Shown: positions 27,701-36,076 of the stretch, piece after piece
How positions within the stretch are numbered: position 1 is the stretch's first letter
Layout: the number at the start of each line of letters is the position of its first letter
From: a bacterium
GTDB taxonomy: Bacteria; Patescibacteriota; Minisyncoccia; Phycocordibacterales; GWA1-40-21
DNA length: 58,842 nt
Assembly (NCBI GenBank): GCA_037147155.1
Contig: JBAWVR010000001.1
Coordinates: 1-58,842, forward strand
Reading direction: 5' to 3'
The notes under the pieces: generated by a model
The model's input: the letters and a program-made list of their open reading frames with translations, nothing else
What the model was told of the DNA's origin: nothing
Database searches by the model: none
Position numbers and translations under genes: made by a program

Positions 27701-27942
27701 TTAGCACCTACTCCCATTTCAGATGTAAATTTATAACCTGAAGTAGCAGTGGTGGTGACGGTAGTACCGCCAACAGCAGCACGAGCAGCAGCAGCTTTTT
27801 CAGGAGCAATAACGCCAGTAGCGATCAAAAGATCGATCAACTGAGACATATTCATGCTCTGAGCTGAAACAGTCGCAACCATAGTGAAAGCCATTGTCAA
27901 ACCGACAACGACAGCCACGATTTTTGTAAACTTTTTATTCAT
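24724..27942 (-). CDS. very large secreted cell-surface (S-layer-like) protein with an N-terminal peptidoglycan-binding domain
   Basis: The track ORF starts at 27969. MNKKFTKIVAVVVGLTMAFTMVATVSAQS (ATG 27942) is a clean signal peptide. A PG_binding_1-like segment (GAQVTALQQALG...VVKFQSDNGIKATGYVGPMT) is followed by about 7 T/A/V/G/S-rich Ig-like repeats sharing ...N(I/V)RLM(N/D)G... Confidence 0.65.
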   Translation of the reverse strand: MNKKFTKIVAVVVGLTMAFTMVATVSAQSMNMSQLIDLLIATGVIAPEKAAAARAAVGGTTVTTTATSGYKFTSEMGVGAKGAQVTALQQALGITPATGYFGAITKAAVVKFQSDNGIKATGYVGPMTMAALNKMGGSVTTTIPGTGAVVIPVTGSATVSTAMDTPTPITIPEGASQVPFTKINFTAGATDLVVTALKVTRGGFSSDNDINNVYLMDGSTVLATNIGLANGKAMFSMANGLFTVKAGTTKTITIAADLNSNTSTHSFSFGIAAAADITSNAVVGGAFPIAGYASTAGTVANPALATLLVTNVATGGTVNAGQTNFLAGQFSMQSSNSAVSIKSIKLTETGTINAASDLSNIRLMNGGVQIGNTVPNLNSDGTVVFDLSNNPLQITAGNTVNLTLYVDVVGGVNRNMRFTVQRSYDIVSTDMTYNVGAAISATGGFPVQASVVGINYGTLVINKNTTSPSNYIASGANNQTLASFDFKANGEAVRLSGITYQLSYSSAVETAVWDNLKLVDDQGVQIGNIIRSAGDTNTSQSVVVENLNYVIPANTTRTFSVKADVKGAGTALTAQITSGVAQGYTSLVAINFNSYVGNPLSLASSPLVASLNNAQGAVTTVTGTANVKVGSFSVVAGPAEGANLISLTVTTGAGISSVYQNMRLMIGNQTIGTAQTVLANATAYTFTASPLVAIAKGASVVVDVYADVISGQTISATRVVSLTGVSAQGADTSTNLTPSTNVGGQLVTVAGNGTLTTSIASTPVNSQFVSMGLSNVKVGSFKLTASNNEPIKVITVGLTATTTSSTGSELTNIRLMNGQTVIAQKPSFGAVASGVQTATFQLSGNELVVPKDGYVTMDVVADINNIDGGAVSAVTITVGLSGVSAQGAASMAAANDTDLVRSNATFTVYRTNLRAVANFPASNASMVVGDALKTAAFNFSADVGNDASIKTISVRNTGSMIKAGASASSSVAVTVYAADDLNTSIGTGTLVGTTATSITLSPNFTVTKSTTRGLVIKSNLGSATDLDLTSGSVRTYQIGLSALTWNDGTSDVSSVDPSISMPINAEAISFQQ

Positions 27943-28724
27943 AATTGTGATTAATGATAATAAGCACACTCATTCCCTTTTAACTTAAATTAAACTAATA
28001 AAATAGGTTCGGGAAAAAGATAGCTCTTAAACTTAAACAATCTGTGTTGTACTCGAAGTACGTAGAGAATTGATTTCGACGAAAAATCAAAGCTCACACT
28101 GATCCGCGTCAACTAAAGGACATCTGATAAAGGACAGTAATATAAATACCCTGCCCGGAACTTTAGTCGATACTCGCAACGGCTGACGAAAATCTTTTAC
28201 CTGTTTTAGAGTAAAAAATTCTCCGGAAGGTCTTTCTCTTTTTCAAGAAAAAAACGTCTCCACCGACGCTGTAATCACTTGCCTTGACAATCTCATATTT
28301 TTATTGGCTGTCAAAGTTTTTCTCTTTCAGCAAGCCACGGCAGTGACCATCACAAAATGTGATAAGCCCAGGTGACGCTAAGTCCCACAGGCTGATCCAA
28401 AATTGGATAAGCCACGGTGGTGAACCAAAAAGAAAAACCGACGACCAATAAATTCGACACAAGTTCATCAAGGAAGTTGACGAAATAAAGGATATGCAAT
28501 CGTAACAACCATATAGGGATAAGGAAAAGGAAACCCAATAGAATTGGGATTTTTTGAATTTTGTCTCTCCTCTCGGAGAAACATTGTTATCAAGAAGAAT
28601 TCTTCACGAAATCTTCTTAAGCAGTATTAAGTTGTCAAAGATGCAATCGTTAAACCGGGGTCTGTGGTGCAGAAGAAGTAGTGCTGTGACACGTATAAAC
28701 GTGGTCTATCACTACCTTGGGATA

Positions 28725-28753
28725 ATTATACCTTTTTGGGGGTTAACCCGCAA
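28725..28753 (-). promoter_or_regulatory. candidate promoter far upstream of the S-layer-like gene
   Basis: Minus strand: TTGCGG, 17 nt, TATAAT. A TTATCCACA 9-mer (28764-28772) lies 10 nt upstream of the -35. Confidence 0.3.
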
Positions 28754-28924
28754 AAGTTTTCCCTGTGGATAACTTGAAAACCTGCCTTTACAGGACGGGT
28801 TAGCTCAAATTTATCACCCCTGTATTGTCTCAAAAAAACGGCCAAAAGTCAATAGCCAGGGGTATTTCATTCACTTCAAACAAAGTTTAGTTTCAACTCG
28901 CCAAATAGGGCCAGAATAAGCCAT

Positions 28925-28963
28925 AAAAGACAAGACCGGCCAGGTCTTAGACCCTGGCCGGCC
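28925..28963 (-). terminator. rho-independent terminator after the 29022-29867 gene
   Basis: GACCGGCCAGG ... CCTGGCCGGCC hairpin followed by TTGTCTTTT on the minus strand. Confidence 0.6.
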
Positions 28964-29021
28964 ATAATCTGTCTTTTAGGCCTTCCCCACCCTCCCCTAG
29001 GGTCAAAAGGACAGTTTTAGA

Positions 29022-29867
29022 CTAGGCGAGGGAGTAGCGACTCCAGCGTCTCTCCCCTTCCTTTTTTAATACCCCTTTTCCAACCATCGCCAGGAGCTCT
29101 CTCTGGATAGTCTTTTCACTACAATCAGTGATGACATTAGCAAAGTCCTTAATAGTTAGATTACTGTCCTTCTTCAACATATCGAGGATAGCTTGAGATC
29201 GATTTATGCCAGGGATTTTAGGACTTGGGATAGCCTGGGGAATTGGTCTAGCTACTTGACCAGAACTTGAGTGAACCACATCTTTTTTCACTGTTGTTGG
29301 TTTAAAGGACACACTCTTGGTTGGAGAGAATTGACTCTGTCCTTTAGACTCTCTATGCAATATATTCTGACTAGCTACGGAAGCAGTGGCGGAGTTTTTG
29401 ATTGGAGAAATATTCTCAGGTAAATCAAAAAAGTTTTCTGGCAAAGTTAGTTCACCTGAGATAAGTGACATGTCCTCATTCTTTTCAATGATGCGGAGTA
29501 AAGCATCAAACTCTGAACGAATAAGGCGACAGTTCATCTCTGAGACCAAACCAGAGATCTTGGCAAACTCCAAAATGGAAGAAATTTCTATAAGACCAGA
29601 AACAAAACTTTTGACTGCATTGGTTTCACCTGTAGTCTCGCGAGCTGAGAAAGATAAGCTGTTCGACAAGAGGTCCAGAGCTTCATCTCGGAGATGCCAC
29701 TTGATTGGTTCTTTGTCCAAGAATAAATTGGTCAGCATGTAGATAACAGTGACTAGGCGTTCTGTCTTTTTGTAGACATACAAGTGATAGCTGTCCTTTT
29801 TGAAATATTCACTCAAGGACAAGTCTGAAAAGTCGCCTTGTATATTCATCTTATTATCTTTCTCCAT
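29022..29867 (-). CDS. hypothetical protein with C-terminal winged-helix DNA-binding domain
   Basis: 281-aa ORF. The C-terminus RSQAILDMLKKDSNLTIKDFANVITDCSEKTIQRELLAMVGKGVLKKEGERRWSRYSL resembles a DeoR/MarR-type wHTH. Confidence 0.5.
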   Translation of the reverse strand: MEKDNKMNIQGDFSDLSLSEYFKKDSYHLYVYKKTERLVTVIYMLTNLFLDKEPIKWHLRDEALDLLSNSLSFSARETTGETNAVKSFVSGLIEISSILEFAKISGLVSEMNCRLIRSEFDALLRIIEKNEDMSLISGELTLPENFFDLPENISPIKNSATASVASQNILHRESKGQSQFSPTKSVSFKPTTVKKDVVHSSSGQVARPIPQAIPSPKIPGINRSQAILDMLKKDSNLTIKDFANVITDCSEKTIQRELLAMVGKGVLKKEGERRWSRYSLA

Positions 29868-30033
29868 TTTATTAAATGATTAATGTCTTATAAAAACTTT
29901 GACTAATAATTTTGGTTGTCCGAGACGACTAAAAACTACCTCAAGGACAGTTTTAACTGGTTGAGATTCTTGTCTTTTATTTTGTTTCTTTTGTCCTTTT
30001 GGACAGAAGTCTCGAGTAACAACTTTTGTGTCT

Positions 30034-30062
30034 ATTATATATCGGACAAAAGAACTTTGTAA
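30034..30062 (-). promoter_or_regulatory. candidate promoter for the 29022-29867 gene
   Basis: Minus strand: TTACAA, 17 nt, TATAAT. Confidence 0.4.
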
Positions 30063-30165
30063 AGCCCTGTCTAGTCTTTTAGCTACAATCGGACACAAAA
30101 AACACTTACGGGTCAAATGCGATATTGTGAGTTTGTGTCCTGTCTTGTTGTATTTTCTTCGTCCT

Positions 30166-30190
30166 GGATTCCCGCCTGCGCGGGAATGAC
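30166..30190. repeat. family C palindrome (GGATTCCCGC..GCGGGAATGAC), solo half
   Basis: GGATTCCCGCCTGCGCGGGAATGAC, the same unit as at 34826-34850 and, in reverse complement, at 53466-53490. Confidence 0.8.
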
Positions 30191-30303
30191 AGAGGAGAAA
30201 AATCTCTTTCATTATTGCCTTTAATTATGGTAAAATTAGGACAAATACCAGAGACTGACATGACTGATTTTCTTATTAGAAACACCACCTAAAATTAAAC
30301 CTA

Positions 30304-32733
30304 ATGGCGATTGAAAAAACCAAAGAGAAGATTAAAGTTTTAAATAAACTACCCAAAGAAAAAGAGAAAGACGTGAAGTCGAAAGATAAAAAAAGTGATA
30401 AAGAAAAAACTATGGCTAGACCTAAAAAAAATGAAGAGACAAGTGGCGGATTAAGACAAGCAATCAGTGAACTTCGTGACGAGACCAAGCAAGGTATTCT
30501 AGCTGTCATCTTTTTTGTTATCTCCCTACTCTGTATCTTGGCTGCTGTCGGAATGGCTGGACCAGTCGGGGCAAAAGTATTCTCTTGGTTATGGTTTCTG
30601 TTTGGTGTCGGCTATTATCTCGTGCCAATTATTTTCTTTTTCCTCGGTATCACTTTTTTCAAAGCAGAAAAGAAAAATTTTAATTATCTAAAAACTACCG
30701 GCGCTTTACTCTTCTTTCTCTCTGGTCTCTCCATCATTGAACTCTCGAGCCCATCTCAGGGAGGTTTCGTTGGTCATTGGATCTCACTACCATTACTCAA
30801 ACTTTTTGATTTCTGGGCGAGCTACATTATTTTGGTGACCGTCATGGTTATCTCCTCACTAGTTGTCTTTGAAACCAAACTCACTCTCGATACCCTATTC
30901 TTCTGGCGCGCCCCTCGTGATGAAAACGAAGATGAGGAAACTGAAGAAGAGGATGAGGAAGTAGAAGTGGAAGTAGAAGATGAAGAAGAAACCGAAGAGG
31001 AAGCTCCGGAAGAAAAACCGGAAGAAGACGACAAAAAGAAAAAAGGTGGACTCAAAGAAATCTTGGGTCTCGGTGTTGATGAAGAAGTCGCTGATATCGC
31101 TCCAGCCAAACCTTATACCAACAAGATCTATGTTCCACCTCCTCTCTCTCTACTTGAACGTGATAAAGGCAAACCAGGTGTCGGTGACATCAAGGCCAAC
31201 GCCAACATCATCAAACGCACTTTGATGAACTTTGGCATTGATGTGGAAATGGATGAAATCTCCATCGGACCATCTATCACCCGCTATGCCTTGAAACCAG
31301 CCGAAGGTGTCAAGCTCTCCCGTATCGTCGCTCTTCAAAACGACCTATCCCTCGCTCTAGCTGCTCACCCGATTCGTATTGAAGCTCCTATCCCGGGCAA
31401 GTCACTGGTTGGTATCGAAATCCCGAACACTGCCAAGACCACTGTCGGTATGGCTACCCTACTTTCCAATGAAGAGTATCAGACTTCTGACAAACCACTT
31501 CTCCTCGCCTTGGGTAAAGGTATCTCTGGTCGCTCCCACTTCTCCAACTTGGCCAAGATGCCTCACTGTCTCATTGCCGGTACCACTGGTTCTGGTAAAT
31601 CTGTGACCATTCACACCATCATCAACTCCCTCCTCTTCCGCAACTCCCCAGAGACTCTCAAATTCATCATGATTGACCCAAAGCGTGTGGAGCTCACTTT
31701 GTATAACAAAATCCCCCACCTCCTCACTCCAGTTATCACCGACGCCAAGAAAACCATTCTCGCTCTCAAGTGGGCGGCCAAGGAAATGGATCGCCGTTAC
31801 GATATTCTCGAGGCTGAAGCCTGCAAAGACATCGATTCCTATCACAAGAATATTCTTGGACCAGAAATGCGCAAGATTGAGGAACTTCAGGCAAAAGGTA
31901 ATTACGACCCACAAAAGAATCGCCTGCCGGAGACCATGCCTTACATTATTATTGTTATCGACGAGTTGGCCGATATTATGATGACCTACCCACGTGAGCT
32001 CGAATCCGGTATCGTTCGTCTTGCCCAAATGTCTCGTGCGGTTGGTATTCACTTGATCATCTCTACCCAACGACCATCTGTGAACGTTATCACCGGTCTT
32101 ATCAAAGCCAACATCCCTTCTCGTATTGCTCTCCAGGTGGCTTCTCAGATTGACTCCCGTACCATTTTGGATCAAGCCGGAGCCGAAAAACTCCTCGGTG
32201 CTGGTGATATGCTCTACCTCGGTGGTGAAATGTCCAAACCAATTCGTGTCCAGTCTGCCTATATTTCTGAAAGCGAAGTAAAGTCAGTGGTCAAATATTT
32301 GGTGGACATCTATCGTGATGAAATACCGGCCGGCATTGATATTTCCACCGCCGCGACCGATGCTAATACTATTTTTAGCGCCGACCTTGAAGAAAGTGAA
32401 CTCGGTGATGAGGATGATATGTACGAAGCGGCTCGTGATGAAGTGATCAAATGTGGTAAGGCTTCTACTTCATATCTTCAACGCAAACTTCGCCTCGGCT
32501 ATGCTCGAGCTGCCCGTATTATGGATATGCTCGAAGAACGTGGTGTGATCGGCCCAGCCGATGGCGCCAAATCTCGTGAAGTACTCGGTGGCGGCGGCCC
32601 AGCGGCCAAGACTGAACTAGAGGGACTTGAAACAACAGAAGAAGAAACGACTGAGGATGATGAAAATATCGATGACACCAGTGATACCGAAGAAGCTGAA
32701 GAAGAATACAGTAGCACTAACCGCCTAGGCTAA
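30304..32733 (+). CDS. ftsK: DNA translocase FtsK/SpoIIIE
   Basis: 809-aa ORF with N-terminal TM helices, an acidic linker, a Walker A motif (GTTGSGKS) and a gamma-domain wHTH (YLQRKLRLGYARAARIMDMLEERGVIG). Confidence 0.9.
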   Translation: MAIEKTKEKIKVLNKLPKEKEKDVKSKDKKSDKEKTMARPKKNEETSGGLRQAISELRDETKQGILAVIFFVISLLCILAAVGMAGPVGAKVFSWLWFLFGVGYYLVPIIFFFLGITFFKAEKKNFNYLKTTGALLFFLSGLSIIELSSPSQGGFVGHWISLPLLKLFDFWASYIILVTVMVISSLVVFETKLTLDTLFFWRAPRDENEDEETEEEDEEVEVEVEDEEETEEEAPEEKPEEDDKKKKGGLKEILGLGVDEEVADIAPAKPYTNKIYVPPPLSLLERDKGKPGVGDIKANANIIKRTLMNFGIDVEMDEISIGPSITRYALKPAEGVKLSRIVALQNDLSLALAAHPIRIEAPIPGKSLVGIEIPNTAKTTVGMATLLSNEEYQTSDKPLLLALGKGISGRSHFSNLAKMPHCLIAGTTGSGKSVTIHTIINSLLFRNSPETLKFIMIDPKRVELTLYNKIPHLLTPVITDAKKTILALKWAAKEMDRRYDILEAEACKDIDSYHKNILGPEMRKIEELQAKGNYDPQKNRLPETMPYIIIVIDELADIMMTYPRELESGIVRLAQMSRAVGIHLIISTQRPSVNVITGLIKANIPSRIALQVASQIDSRTILDQAGAEKLLGAGDMLYLGGEMSKPIRVQSAYISESEVKSVVKYLVDIYRDEIPAGIDISTAATDANTIFSADLEESELGDEDDMYEAARDEVIKCGKASTSYLQRKLRLGYARAARIMDMLEERGVIGPADGAKSREVLGGGGPAAKTELEGLETTEEETTEDDENIDDTSDTEEAEEEYSSTNRLG

Positions 32734-32740
32734 TAAACAA

Positions 32741-33091
32741 ATGGAGAGAGAAAGGACAAAAAGACGATTAATGTGGTTTGGAATATTTCTCTCTATTTTT
32801 GTCATTGGTGGCTACTCCATCTTCCAAGCTCAAAAATTAATCCAAGGACCGCAAATCGCTATTCACTCCCCACCTGATGGTTCAGTCTCTGATGTTTCCC
32901 TCATTGAAATAACTGGTCAAACAAAAAACCTAACTCGCTTTCAAATGAATGACCGCGATATTTACAAAGACGAGGAGGGCAAGTTTAAAGAAAAGTTCTT
33001 ACTATCTTATGGTTACAACATCATCCGATTGGATGGTTGGGACAAGTTTGATAGGCAGACGGAAAAGACTTTAGAAATAATTTATAGATAA
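32741..33091 (+). CDS. hypothetical membrane-anchored protein
   Basis: 116-aa ORF with one N-terminal TM helix. Confidence 0.45.
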   Translation: MERERTKRRLMWFGIFLSIFVIGGYSIFQAQKLIQGPQIAIHSPPDGSVSDVSLIEITGQTKNLTRFQMNDRDIYKDEEGKFKEKFLLSYGYNIIRLDGWDKFDRQTEKTLEIIYR

Positions 33092-33101
33092 TTAAAAACA
33101 T

Positions 33102-34184
33102 ATGGCAAAATTTGGAAAAAAAGAAAAGAAAGAAGCCAAGACTTTGGGAGTTTCTAAAGTTGAGGATACCCTACGTGATATTCGCGCCAAGTTTGGTGAC
33201 GAGTCCATCATGATGCTCGGCGAGAAGCCTCGCGTCAACGTGGATGCAATTCCAACCGGCTCAATCGGTCTCGATGCTGCTCTCGGTGTGGGCGGACTAC
33301 CGCGCGGACGTATTATTGAAATCTTTGGACCAGAATCATCTGGTAAGACTACCCTATCTCTACATGTCATTGCCGAAGCGCAAAAGCTCGGTGGTATCTG
33401 TGCGTTTATCGATGCTGAACATGCGATGGATCCTGAATACACCAAGCGTCTCGGAGTAAAAATTGACCAGCTCCTCATCTCTCAGCCAGACACAGGTGAA
33501 CAAGCATTGGAGATTGTGGAAAGTCTCGTACGTTCCGGCAAAATGGACGTGATTGTTATCGACTCCGTGGCTGCCCTAACACCAAAAGATGAAATTGAAG
33601 GCGATATGGGAGCTCAACATGTGGGCAAGCAAGCTCGTCTCATGTCTCAAGCTTTGCGTAAGCTCACCGCTATTGTAGCTCGTTCCAAGACTATCGTGAT
33701 TTTCATCAACCAGATTCGCATGCAGATTGGTGTGATGTTTGGTAACCCAGAAACTACCCCAGGAGGAAAAGCTTTGAAGTTTTACACTTCTGTTCGCTTG
33801 GATATTCGCCGTATTGCTCAAATTAAGAAAGGTGAAGAAATCATGGGAGGTCGCGTCCGTGTGAAGGTGGTCAAGAACAAAGTCGCTGCTCCATTCCGTC
33901 AAACTGAATTTGATTTGATGTACAACGAAGGTATTTCTCGTGAAGGTGAAATGATTGCTCTCGGGGAAAAGTACGGCATTTTGAAAAAATCTGGTGTGTC
34001 ATATTCTTGGGGTGAAGAAAAACTTGGCCGTGGTTATGACGCGACTCGTACTTATTTGAAGGAGAACAAAGACTTGGCAGACAAAATCATGAAAGAGATT
34101 AAAGAAGCTATCGCTAAGGGCGCTGACCAAATCTCTCCAGCTGCTAGACCGACTGAAGATGATGATGCGCCACCAGAAGAATAA
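33102..34184 (+). CDS. recA: recombinase RecA
   Basis: 360-aa ORF: [17 protein letters not shown] (Walker A), [15 protein letters not shown]. Confidence 0.97.
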   Translation: MAKFGKKEKKEAKTLGVSKVEDTLRDIRAKFGDESIMMLGEKPRVNVDAIPTGSIGLDAALGVGGLPRGRIIEIFGPESSGKTTLSLHVIAEAQKLGGICAFIDAEHAMDPEYTKRLGVKIDQLLISQPDTGEQALEIVESLVRSGKMDVIVIDSVAALTPKDEIEGDMGAQHVGKQARLMSQALRKLTAIVARSKTIVIFINQIRMQIGVMFGNPETTPGGKALKFYTSVRLDIRRIAQIKKGEEIMGGRVRVKVVKNKVAAPFRQTEFDLMYNEGISREGEMIALGEKYGILKKSGVSYSWGEEKLGRGYDATRTYLKENKDLADKIMKEIKEAIAKGADQISPAARPTEDDDAPPEE

Positions 34185-34206
34185 GACAGTATAAGCAAAA
34201 CAAAAA

Positions 34207-34575
34207 ATGCAAACTCAAGTTAATACAGGTTATTTTCCATCTGGCGTAGCTGCGCGTTTCGGTTTTGGTCTAGACATAGCCACAAGTGTAGCCGAGGTTT
34301 TGATTACTTATTGGTTAATATATTTTATCTGCCTGTACGTAATCAAGCTCGCTTACAGACTCAAAAAGAATACGACTCCTCCCAAATATAGAAACTTACT
34401 AACTTCTGTAATTACTTATTTACTGTTTCCTATTGGCTTTGTCGGCTTAAGTAACTATGTGTTCGGACAGGACGCTGTTGAGACAATGTTTTCGATGGTA
34501 TATCTATTCCCTATATATTTGATATTTTTTGGTTTTTCAATTTATCACGCAATTAAAAAAGACAAACAATCGTAA
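34207..34575 (+). CDS. hypothetical integral membrane protein
   Basis: 122-aa ORF with 3-4 predicted TM helices. Confidence 0.45.
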   Translation: MQTQVNTGYFPSGVAARFGFGLDIATSVAEVLITYWLIYFICLYVIKLAYRLKKNTTPPKYRNLLTSVITYLLFPIGFVGLSNYVFGQDAVETMFSMVYLFPIYLIFFGFSIYHAIKKDKQS

Positions 34576-34745
34576 TGATGACGCTTATAAAATATGTTCT
34601 TTGGATCGCGATAGTTGGGTTTGGGGTCTATGTCATGAATACACCCAAGCTGAACTTTTCCTTTACCCTCTCCCTAGGGGTTCTAATCATAATTCTGGGA
34701 GTTTTGGGCTTGATTCGACATTTGATGGCTCACGATCAGTTTTAA
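34575..34745 (+). CDS. small two-TM membrane protein (56 aa, below the ORF-track cutoff)
   Basis: The ATG overlaps the preceding TAA (TAATG). Encodes MMTLIKYVLWIAIVGFGVYVMNTPKLNFSFTLSLGVLIIILGVLGLIRHLMAHDQF. Confidence 0.35.
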   Translation: MMTLIKYVLWIAIVGFGVYVMNTPKLNFSFTLSLGVLIIILGVLGLIRHLMAHDQF

Positions 34746-34768
34746 AATAAAGCAAACCTCTACTGTTT

Positions 34769-34850
34769 GTCATTCCCGGCTTGACCGGGAATCCAGACCT
34801 TAAGTTACTATCACCTCCTCAACCTGGATTCCCGCCTGCGCGGGAATGAC
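34769..34850. repeat. family C composite palindrome (two inverted GTCATTCC hairpins)
   Basis: GTCATTCCCGGCTTGACCGGGAATCC (34769-34794) and GGATTCCCGCCTGCGCGGGAATGAC (34826-34850), separated by 31 nt. Confidence 0.8.
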
Positions 34851-34865
34851 AGAAAAATGAGCTTG

Positions 34866-35001
34866 TCCGGTTAGTGATTTTTACCTTCACTGTCTTTTGA
34901 CCAGCCAGACCATTATATACTGCTCAATCTGTAAATAAATATCGAGAAGACGAGGATGTCTCTTGGCAGAAACTGGTCAAAGGTAAAAATCTACTACGGG
35001 G
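34866..35001. mobile_element. divergent relative of the family A hairpin element (element E)
   Basis: 136 bp with termini TCCGGTTAGTGATTTTTACC ... GGTAAAAATCTACTACGGGG, plus an inner pairing CTTTTGACCAG / CTGGTCAAAGG. Confidence 0.5.
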
Positions 35002-35060
35002 TGGACTTTTCCCAATTATTTGGGTAGAATCACTGAGTTAATACTAATTTGTAAAAATCT

Positions 35061-35663
35061 ATGGCAATGCTTGAATACAACGAAGCTGTCGAAAGAAAAT
35101 ACATCATTGTGGACGGTGAACCGTACGAAGTCCTCCACTCTCATGTTTTTCGTAAACAACAGCGCAAACCAGTTAATGCTACCAAGTTGAAGAACTTGAT
35201 CACTGGTAAAATGGCTGAACATTCTTTCCACCAAGCGGAAAAGATTGAAGAAGCCAATATTTCCACTCGTACTGCAAAGTATATGTACTCTAATCGCGGT
35301 GAATTTTGGTTCTGTGAACCAAATGACCCATCAAAGCGTTTTCAAATTTCTGAAACCATTCTTGGACCTCAATCAAAGTTTTTGAAGCCAAACTCTATCA
35401 TGGATGTCTTGGTCTTCCACAGTGATGAGGATGAAGAAGATGAAGATGGTAAAATCATTGGGGCCAAGGTACCTATCAAGATGACTTTGATCATCAAAGA
35501 AGCTGCTCCAGCTGTTAAAGGAGATACTGTTACTGGTGGTTCAAAACAGGTTGTTTTGGAGACTGGTGCAATACTAAACGTTCCAATGTTTATCAATCAA
35601 GGTGATGCTATTATTGTAAACACCGAGACTGGTCAGTATGTGGAAAGAGCTACAAAGGCCTAA
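35061..35663 (+). CDS. efp: elongation factor P
   Basis: 200-aa ORF with EF-P-like domains (YIIVDGEPYEVL..., ...VETGAILNVPMFINQGDAIIVNTETGQYVERA). It carries an acidic insertion (SDEDEEDEDG) and a non-canonical tip loop (FRKQQRKP instead of KPGKG). Confidence 0.85.
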   Translation: MAMLEYNEAVERKYIIVDGEPYEVLHSHVFRKQQRKPVNATKLKNLITGKMAEHSFHQAEKIEEANISTRTAKYMYSNRGEFWFCEPNDPSKRFQISETILGPQSKFLKPNSIMDVLVFHSDEDEEDEDGKIIGAKVPIKMTLIIKEAAPAVKGDTVTGGSKQVVLETGAILNVPMFINQGDAIIVNTETGQYVERATKA

Positions 35664-35801
35664 CCCCGTTGTAGACTTTGGCATTAAAATTGTTTTTAAC
35701 CAAACAGGCTCTAGTATTAAACCAGGGTCTGTTTTGCTAATTAGATAATCAAACAATACCTGAACGCAATTTTAAAAACGATGCCAAAGCTCACAACCGG
35801 G
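35664..35801. mobile_element. family A hairpin/TIR element, copy A2 (inverted relative to A1/A3)
   Basis: Starts immediately after the efp TAA and is flanked by TAA/TAA. About 90 percent identical to the reverse complement of A1. Confidence 0.75.
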
Positions 35802-35814
35802 TAAATTTAAAACA

Positions 35815-35849
35815 AAAAAGAGCGGCACCCATCGGGTGCCGCTCTTTTT
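35815..35849. terminator. bidirectional rho-independent terminator (efp / rpsR)
   Basis: AAAAAGAGCGGCACCC-atc-GGGTGCCGCTCTTTTT. Confidence 0.8.
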
Positions 35850-35856
35850 ATTTGTT

Positions 35857-36057
35857 TTAACGTGATACGAATGGCAACAAAGCCATGTAACGAGCGCGCT
35901 TGATAGCCTCTGAAAGTTCGCGTTGTGATTTAGCACAAACACCGCTTTTCTTACTACCAGTCATACGAGCGTGTGGATTCAAAAATTTCTTCAAAACTTC
36001 TAAATCTTTGTAGTCAATGTGTTTAACATTGTTCTGAGTGAAATAACACTGTTTCAT
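35857..36057 (-). CDS. rpsR: ribosomal protein S18
   Basis: 66-aa ORF: IDYKDLEVLKKFLNPHARM...GVCAKSQRELSEAIKRARYMALLPF. Confidence 0.9.
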   Translation of the reverse strand: MKQCYFTQNNVKHIDYKDLEVLKKFLNPHARMTGSKKSGVCAKSQRELSEAIKRARYMALLPFVSR

Positions 36058-36076
36058 AATTTATTTTTTTATTCTA

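Noticed and set aside
28350-28538. 62-aa hydrophobic ORF in the long non-coding region upstream of the S-layer-like gene
   Set aside because: It has no SD and no clear start context, and its composition is typical of random AT-rich translation. It is mentioned only as part of the long-leader finding.
29880-30288. ORFs of 110 aa and 60 aa in the ftsK upstream region, and similar ORFs at 53433-53660
   Set aside because: They are seeded by family C palindromes (CHSRAGGNPG / SFPRRRESR-type peptides) and have no SD or homology. The region is better explained as promoters plus repeats.
31459-32175. 238-aa minus-strand ORF inside ftsK, and a 128-aa ORF antisense to recA (33092-33478)
   Set aside because: They are antisense to strongly supported conserved genes. 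The peptides are low complexity with no motifs.
34769-34850. CRISPR array, given the recurring palindromic ~25-nt repeats and a Cas4-like nuclease at 474-1313
   Set aside because: The repeats are not regularly spaced, occur in both orientations as inverted pairs scattered over 25 kb, and have no uniform spacers. The Cas4-like gene is 30 kb away with no other cas genes.
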